Source: Deltaproteobacteria bacterium (GTDB taxonomy: Bacteria > Myxococcota > JACRCW01). Taken from it: a stretch of DNA of 64,000 bases. A program made the position numbers and the translations under genes. Every line of letters begins with the position of its first letter. Within the stretch, counting starts at the first letter, position 1. Of the stretch, positions 58,085 to 64,000 are shown piece after piece. Where the stretch lies: assembly GCA_016218805.1 (NCBI GenBank), contig JACRCW010000071.1:1-64000 (forward strand), read 5' to 3'. Under the pieces are notes generated by a model. That model searched no databases. It was not told the DNA's origin and was given only the letters and a program-made list of their open reading frames with translations.

Positions 58085-59290
58085 TCACTGGGTGGAACGC
58101 ACCAAGGCACAAACCGGATGGGGCGCGCCGGGTGTGGACGGCGTGGTGTTGGTGGTGCCGCGCACCGTGCGCGCGCGTTCCATGACGGCCGGATAGCAGC
58201 CACCGCAGGTCCGCCTCCCCTGCTCGGTCAACATGCTCCAGTTGGTTGAGCACGCGGCCGTCCACCCGGCCACCGTCGCCGCGCGCACGCTGGGCTCCGG
58301 GTCCTCCAGCCCGCGCAGCTGTGCAGGAATCACCAGGTCCTCATCCAGTTCGACGCCCTCGGCGTAGAGCGAGCGGACCCACTCCTCCTGCCAGATGCGG
58401 AGCATGAAGTGGCCGAGCGCCACGTATCCGCTGGCACGGATTCCGACGTCGGCATCCTCGGTCAACCGCAGCACATGGTCGAGGTGGCGGAACTTCCAGA
58501 ACCACTCCATGGCCTTGGCCGCCGCGCGTCGCACCTCGACCGATGCGTCCGTGAGAGCCCCCGCCAGGAGCGCGTCGTCGCTGCCGTGACCGGGGGTTCC
58601 GCATTGGCAGGTGTCAAAGACCGTTGCGAGCCGCCGTGCGATGGCCAGGCGAAGGCCGTCGTCGCCCGTGGCCTGCGCGTCGAGCAACGCTGCGGCCAGC
58701 ACCTCATGCTCGCCGAACCACTGGTTGCCCAGCGCGCCGACTGCGGCCGTCCTCGTCACGGGATCGGGGTGCTGCAGGGCGTCCAGCACCGCTGTTTGCA
58801 CCCAGCGGTCCTGCCCAAACCCGCTCATCGCGGCGAGGGACTCCACGCGGACGACCTGTTCGGGGTCGTGGCTTGCTTCCGCCAGCAGCGCCGTCTGTCC
58901 AGGCGCCCGGAGGTGCGCGAGCGCCGTCGCGCCACGGCGCCGTTCAGCGGGGTCACGGGCGGCAAGGCGCTGAGCGGAGATGGCAAGACGCATCCACCGC
59001 ACCGGGTGCGCAACCAGGAGACCTGCCGGGTACGCTGCCACCCTGAGCAAGGACGCGGGAGGAAACGGATACTCTCGTTGAGGAAACCAGGTCACCGTGT
59101 CAACGACGAGGCGGGGCGCGCACGCGCACAACCACGGCGGCCCGACGCAGGTGGCGCCCGCTACCTCGCCGGCGCGCCGCGCGCAGACCACGGGAGGATC
59201 ATCCGTCCTGGCAAGGTCATCCAGCTCCTCCAACGGCGTGGCGCCGGCCAGCAGGAGCGATGCAATCAGGATTCCGCTCGTCCCGTCCAC
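58085..59290 (-). CDS. secreted HEAT-repeat protein
   Basis: Signal-like N-terminus; repeated L.D.D..VR..A...L units; several Cys pairs. Confidence 0.7.
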   Translation of the reverse strand: MDGTSGILIASLLLAGATPLEELDDLARTDDPPVVCARRAGEVAGATCVGPPWLCACAPRLVVDTVTWFPQREYPFPPASLLRVAAYPAGLLVAHPVRWMRLAISAQRLAARDPAERRRGATALAHLRAPGQTALLAEASHDPEQVVRVESLAAMSGFGQDRWVQTAVLDALQHPDPVTRTAAVGALGNQWFGEHEVLAAALLDAQATGDDGLRLAIARRLATVFDTCQCGTPGHGSDDALLAGALTDASVEVRRAAAKAMEWFWKFRHLDHVLRLTEDADVGIRASGYVALGHFMLRIWQEEWVRSLYAEGVELDEDLVIPAQLRGLEDPEPSVRAATVAGWTAACSTNWSMLTEQGRRTCGGCYPAVMERARTVRGTTNTTPSTPGAPHPVCALVRSTQ

Positions 59291-59414
59291 GGGGCACCTC
59301 CGCGTGGATCCGATGCATCATGCCAGCCAATCAGGGAATCCGAGGCCCGCCGTGCGTTGTCACACCGGCCGGTCAAGCCATCCACACGGCGCCCACACCC
59401 GACGGCGGTGCGCT

Positions 59415-60791
59415 TCACCGGTGGAGGCCCACGCCTTGGCAACGGTCACCCGGCGGATGCTTCGCTGGAACGAGCGCCCCGGGTGCGTCCCCTGGGGAGC
59501 ACGGAACCGGGTCACCCGGGATGCGGTTGGCCAGCGCGCGGCGGTACCCCCAGTTGAGCAGCAGTGACTGCAGTGGCCGCACCCCTGAGCGGCGCACCCG
59601 CTCCAGGATGCACGCGCGCGAAAAGAGGCGGCGCCGGAACCAGGTGTAGCCCTCCCACAGCGCCTGCGGCGTCATGCGTGCCGGGCGGAACGCCACCGCC
59701 GTCTTGCCGTTGTAGTAGCTCCAATCGCGCGTCAGCAGCCGGCCGTCCCGGGCCAGGTTGTGAAACAGCGGAGTCCCGGGGAACGGCGTCAGGATGCTCA
59801 CCGTTGCGCCGTCCACCCCCGCGCGCGTGGCGCCGCGCAGGGTCTGCTCAAACACGCTGCTGTCGTCGCCGTCAAAGCCAAACACCAGGCCCGCCTGGAC
59901 GGCAATCCCGTGACGGTGGATCCGTTCAATTCCCTCGCGGTACGCCTCCACGACGTTGAAGGACTTGCCCACCAGCCGCAGGCTTTCCGGCGCGAACGAC
60001 TCGAGTCCCAGGAACAGGCACGTGCAGCCCGCGGCGGCAGCGGCGGCCAGGAGCGTGTCATCACGCGTGCTGGCCAGTGTGACCATGGCGGCCCAGCGCT
60101 TGCCAACCGGCTGCAACGCCCGCAACAGCCGCAACGCGTAGTGCGGGTCCATGAACAACTGGTCATCCCAGAAGGTGAAGACGGGCGTGCGGAAGGTCCG
60201 CACTTCGGCCACCACCTCCTCCACGGGACGGAAGCGCGGGCGCGGGTCATAGACCTGGCGCAGGTTGCAGAATGAGCAGCGGTGCGGACAGCCACGCGTG
60301 GCCACCACGGTGTTGGCCAGCAGGCCGCGCCCGCGCAGCAGGTCCCGGCGCGCCCACGCCAACCCGGCCAGTGAGTCCGGCGCACCACCGCGGTACACCG
60401 GCTGCAACCGCCCGGCCGCCGCGTCTGCCAACACCACGGGCCAGGTGTTCTCGGCCTCGCCCACGACGACGGCGTCCGCGTGCTGGGCTGCTTCCTCCGG
60501 CAGCAGCGTGGGGTGCGGGCCGCCCAGCACCACAGGCCGCCCGCGCGCCCGGAACGCGTCCGCCATGGCGTACACGTGCCCCGCATTGGGCGTGTTGCAC
60601 GTGATGCCCACCAGGTCGGCCCGTTCCGCGGGGTCCACCTGCTGGTGGTACTCGTCGCGCAGGACCACGTCGTGGGGCGGCCGTACCCACGCCGCCAGGT
60701 ACGGCATGGTGAGCTGCGCAAAGTTGTTGAGCTGCCCGCGCCGGAACGCACGGATGAACGGGTTCTCCGGCGTCACCAGCAGGATGCGCAC
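59415..60791 (-). CDS. B12-binding domain radical SAM protein
   Basis: VVLGGPHPT, VGEAE, TRGCPHRCSFC, GLES, LTPFPGTPL; start GTG 60791. Confidence 0.93.
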   Translation of the reverse strand: MRILLVTPENPFIRAFRRGQLNNFAQLTMPYLAAWVRPPHDVVLRDEYHQQVDPAERADLVGITCNTPNAGHVYAMADAFRARGRPVVLGGPHPTLLPEEAAQHADAVVVGEAENTWPVVLADAAAGRLQPVYRGGAPDSLAGLAWARRDLLRGRGLLANTVVATRGCPHRCSFCNLRQVYDPRPRFRPVEEVVAEVRTFRTPVFTFWDDQLFMDPHYALRLLRALQPVGKRWAAMVTLASTRDDTLLAAAAAAGCTCLFLGLESFAPESLRLVGKSFNVVEAYREGIERIHRHGIAVQAGLVFGFDGDDSSVFEQTLRGATRAGVDGATVSILTPFPGTPLFHNLARDGRLLTRDWSYYNGKTAVAFRPARMTPQALWEGYTWFRRRLFSRACILERVRRSGVRPLQSLLLNWGYRRALANRIPGDPVPCSPGDAPGALVPAKHPPGDRCQGVGLHR

Positions 60792-60970
60792 ACAGGCCTC
60801 GTCAAGGACCCCGGTGGAGAGGCGCCTGGGCCGTCCGCCGCCGCATGCTGCCGCGGCGCCGTGGGTGCGGCAACGCGCCTCCCGTGCGGCGGGACGCGCA
60901 GATTCGGCACCGCGGCCCCGCGGTCTGCGGCAGGTGTTGATCCGCACCGCTCCGTCTCCTAAGCAGGCGG

Positions 60971-61006
60971 GATGCCCGTTATGTCAGGAATGTCCGTTTT
61001 GCCGGC
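60971..61006 (+). repeat. four 9-bp imperfect direct repeats, putative operator
   Basis: GATGCCCGT TATGTCAGG AATGTCCGT TTTGCCGGC, locally AT-richer, overlapping the start of the HTH-REC gene. Confidence 0.55.
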
Positions 61007-61607
61007 TTCCGCCGAGCTGCTCACGACGGGCGAGGCCGCGCGGGTGTGCGCCGTGGACCCGCGCACCATTGCCCGGTGGGTGGACCAGGGGCTGGTGCCG
61101 AGCCACCGCACGGCCGGCGGACGCCGGCGGGTGCTGCGGGCGGACTTTGTCGCCTTCCTCAGGGAGCGCGGCATTCCCGTGCTGGGCGGTGAGCCGCCGG
61201 TGCCGCGCATTGCCGTGGTGGATGATGATCCGGTGGTTGTCCGGACGCTGCTGCGCCTCCTCAAGCGCCTCCGTCCCAACGCGGCGTACGAGACCGCCGA
61301 CAACGGGTTCCAGGCCGGCGCCATACTGGCGTCCTTCCGCCCGCACCTGGTGTTCCTGGACCTGGTCATGCCCGGGCTGTCCGGCGTTGCCGTGTGCAAG
61401 CACATCCGTGCCACGCCCGGGCTGGCGCGCACCGCGGTGGTGATCATCAGCGGCCACCTCACCGCGGACATGCGCGCGCAGCTGGGCGGTGCGGACCGGA
61501 TCATCAGCAAGCCGTTCACCACGGAGGACATTGCGGCCGCCGTTGACGAGTTTGTGGGGGACGCGCGCGCGCGGGAGCCGGCAGGCGCCACCGCCCACGG
61601 GCGCTGA
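60990..61607 (+). CDS. response regulator with N-terminal excisionase/BldC-like HTH
   Basis: LLTTGEAA....VDPRTIARW...G.....RTAGGRRR; REC VVDDD, FLDLVMP, SG, KPF; alternative starts 60972 and 60981. Confidence 0.92.
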   Translation: MSVLPASAELLTTGEAARVCAVDPRTIARWVDQGLVPSHRTAGGRRRVLRADFVAFLRERGIPVLGGEPPVPRIAVVDDDPVVVRTLLRLLKRLRPNAAYETADNGFQAGAILASFRPHLVFLDLVMPGLSGVAVCKHIRATPGLARTAVVIISGHLTADMRAQLGGADRIISKPFTTEDIAAAVDEFVGDARAREPAGATAHGR

Positions 61608-61622
61608 GGGCGGGGGGGGGAC

Positions 61623-64000
61623 ATGGACGACCGACAGACCACCGTGGACTTCCGCGCGCTGTTTGAGTCAGCGCCCGGCCTGTTCCTGGCGCTGGCGCCG
61701 GACCTGTCCATTGTGGCGGCCAGTGACGAATACCTGAAGGCGACGATGACCCGGCGCGAGGCGATCCTGGGCCGCGGGATATTTGACGTATTTCCCGACA
61801 ATCCCGACGACGCCACGGCCGACGGGACCAGCAACCTGCGCGCGTCATTGGAGCGGGTCCGCACGCGCCGGGCCGCGGACACCATGGCGGTCCAGAAGTA
61901 CGACGTCCGCGGACCGGACGGGACATTCCAGGTCAAGTACTGGAGTCCCAAGAATGTCCCCGTGCTCTCCGCGGCGGGTGGGTTGCGCTTCATCCTCCAC
62001 CGCGTGGAGGACGTGACGGAGCTGGTGCGGGCCAGTGCGCTGGGTGAGGAGCTGCGCGGCCGCACGCGGGAGATGGAACAGGAGGTGCTCGCACGCAGCC
62101 GTGAGCTGGCGGACGCCAAACGCGAGCTGCGGGCAGCCAACGAGAAACTCGCGCAATGGGATGCGGCCAGGACAGCCTTTTTCAGCAACGTCAGTCATGA
62201 GTTCCGCACGCCGTTGACGCTCATTCTCGGCCCGACCCAGGACGCGCTGGCATCCCCGGGCGGTGCGCTGGCCGGCGACGCGCTGCAGGTGGTCCACCGC
62301 AACACCCACCGCCTGATGCGGCTGGTGAATTCGCTGCTGGACTTCTCGCGCATGGAAGCGGGGCGCATGCAGGCGTCCTACCAACCCTGTGACCTGGCCG
62401 CCGTCACCGCGGAGCTGGCCAGCACCTTCCGCTCCGCCATGGAACGCGCCGGCCTGGTGCTGGACGTCCAGACCCAGGCCCTGCCGGAACCCATCTTTGT
62501 GGACCCCGACCTCTGGGAGAAGATCATCCTGAACCTGCTGTCCAACGCCCTGAAGTTCACGTTTGCGGGCACGGTCAGTGTGGCGGTGGCCTGGCGCGGT
62601 GACCACGCCGAGGTGCGCGTGGCGGACACCGGCACCGGCGTCCCGGCCCATGAGCTGCCCCGCATCTTTGAGCGCTTCCACCGCGTGGCGGGGGCACGCT
62701 CGCGCTCGCATGAGGGTTCCGGCATTGGGCTGGCCCTGGTGCATGACCTGGTGGCCCTGCACGGCGGCACCGTCACGGTCAGCAGCACTCCCGGCGTGGG
62801 CACCACCTTCACGCTGGCCATCCCGCGGGACTGCGCCCACCTGGCAGCGGAGCGCGTGCTCTCCGCGCGGAGCACGCCGCGGGCCCCGCCGGACGTGCTC
62901 CCCTACGTGGCGGGTGTGCTGCCCACCCCGCCGCCGCCCGCGGCGGACACCGCACCGCCTGACCGGCCACGCCCGGGCGAGCGCGTGCTGGTGGTGGACG
63001 ACAACGCGGACCTGCGCGGCTACCTCACGGCCCTGTTGGGACCGCACTACGCGGTGGACACCGCCGTGGATGGGGTGGAGGCGCTGGAGGCCGCGCGGCA
63101 GCACCGGCCCGCGCTGGTCATCAGTGACGTGATGATGCCGCGAATGGACGATTTTCAATTGTTACGCGCCCTGCGCGCCGACCCGGTGCTGGGTGACACG
63201 CCCGCCATCCTGCTGTCCGCACGGGCGGGCGAGGGCGCCGCGGTGGAGGGCCTGGCGGCGGGTGCGGATGATTACCTGATCAAGCCCTTTGCCGCGCGCG
63301 AGCTGCTGGCGCGCGTGCGCAGCCAGGTGGAGCGGGCGCAGATGCGCCGGCAGCGGTTGCTGTTGGAGTCCGCACCGGACGCCATGGTCATGGTGGATGC
63401 GGGCGGCCGCATCATGCTGGTCAACGCGCCGACGGAGCGGATGTTTGGCTACCCGCGGGAGGACCTGGTGGGGCAGCCGGTGGAAATCCTCATTCCGGAA
63501 CGCCTGCGCGTGGCGCATCACGGGCACCGGGTGGACTTTGCACGGCGCCCGCACGCCCAGGACATGGGGGACCGTGCGGAACTGGTGGGCCGGCGCGCGG
63601 ACGGGACCGAGTTCCCGGCCCGCATCAGCCTCACCCCGGTGCCGGAGGCCGGGGCCCGCGTGGTCTCCGCCGCCATCCGGGACGTGACCGCGCAACGCCG
63701 CGCGGAGGATGAGGCCCGCCGCGCCAACGCCGTGCTGGAGCAACGCGTGGCCGAGCGGACCGCGGAGCTGGAGCACGCCAACAGGGAGTTGGAGTCGTTC
63801 AGCTATTCGGTGGCCCATGACCTGCGCGCGCCCCTGCGCAGCATTGACGGGTTCAGCCAGGCGCTCCTGGAGGACTACCGGGACCGGCTGGATGCCACCG
63901 GACAGAAATACCTGGGATTTGTCCGCGGCTCCGCGCGGGACATGGCGCGCCTCATTGATGACCTGTTGGCGCTGTCACGCGTGGTGCGCAGCGAGTTGCG
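61623..64000 (+). CDS. hybrid sensor histidine kinase PAS-HisKA-HATPase-REC-PAS-HisKA (runs off the window)
   Basis: [42 protein letters not shown]; second H-box AHDLRAPL in the same frame; absent from the ORF track because there is no stop in the window. Confidence 0.95.
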   Translation, partial: MDDRQTTVDFRALFESAPGLFLALAPDLSIVAASDEYLKATMTRREAILGRGIFDVFPDNPDDATADGTSNLRASLERVRTRRAADTMAVQKYDVRGPDGTFQVKYWSPKNVPVLSAAGGLRFILHRVEDVTELVRASALGEELRGRTREMEQEVLARSRELADAKRELRAANEKLAQWDAARTAFFSNVSHEFRTPLTLILGPTQDALASPGGALAGDALQVVHRNTHRLMRLVNSLLDFSRMEAGRMQASYQPCDLAAVTAELASTFRSAMERAGLVLDVQTQALPEPIFVDPDLWEKIILNLLSNALKFTFAGTVSVAVAWRGDHAEVRVADTGTGVPAHELPRIFERFHRVAGARSRSHEGSGIGLALVHDLVALHGGTVTVSSTPGVGTTFTLAIPRDCAHLAAERVLSARSTPRAPPDVLPYVAGVLPTPPPPAADTAPPDRPRPGERVLVVDDNADLRGYLTALLGPHYAVDTAVDGVEALEAARQHRPALVISDVMMPRMDDFQLLRALRADPVLGDTPAILLSARAGEGAAVEGLAAGADDYLIKPFAARELLARVRSQVERAQMRRQRLLLESAPDAMVMVDAGGRIMLVNAPTERMFGYPREDLVGQPVEILIPERLRVAHHGHRVDFARRPHAQDMGDRAELVGRRADGTEFPARISLTPVPEAGARVVSAAIRDVTAQRRAEDEARRANAVLEQRVAERTAELEHANRELESFSYSVAHDLRAPLRSIDGFSQALLEDYRDRLDATGQKYLGFVRGSARDMARLIDDLLALSRVVRSEL

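Overview
High-GC (about 72% by eye), gene-dense bacterial chromosomal window. MYXO-CTERM, AgmX/PglI, DUF4388 and DUF4139 proteins suggest Myxococcota. About 50 CDS: housekeeping (clpB, kdsB, cardiolipin synthase, NhaR-type LysR regulator, GT9), envelope/secreted proteins (FadL-like porin, S8 protease, purple-acid-type phosphatase, AsmA-like) and signalling (Ser/Thr kinase-NTPase-TPR, FHA-GAF cyclase, GGDEF, hybrid histidine kinase). No rRNA, tRNA, CRISPR array, transposase or integrase was recognised. Main observations: (1) a candidate 48-aa membrane selenoprotein at 52551-52697, with an in-frame UGA followed 11 nt later by a SECIS-like hairpin, next to a small CxxxC membrane protein; (2) a mirror-symmetric array of 4+4 11-bp motifs with about 21-bp period upstream of clpB, beside a palindromic sigma54-like site and a foreign-looking zeta-toxin-like gene pair; (3) a YhcG nuclease gene bracketed by a 102-bp diverged direct repeat that duplicates the start of the downstream gene; (4) a BldC-like HTH-REC regulator with 9-bp direct repeats over its own start; (5) strong avoidance of TCGA across the window. 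All family calls are from motif recognition by eye; no searches were run, and several start codons are my choice among alternatives.
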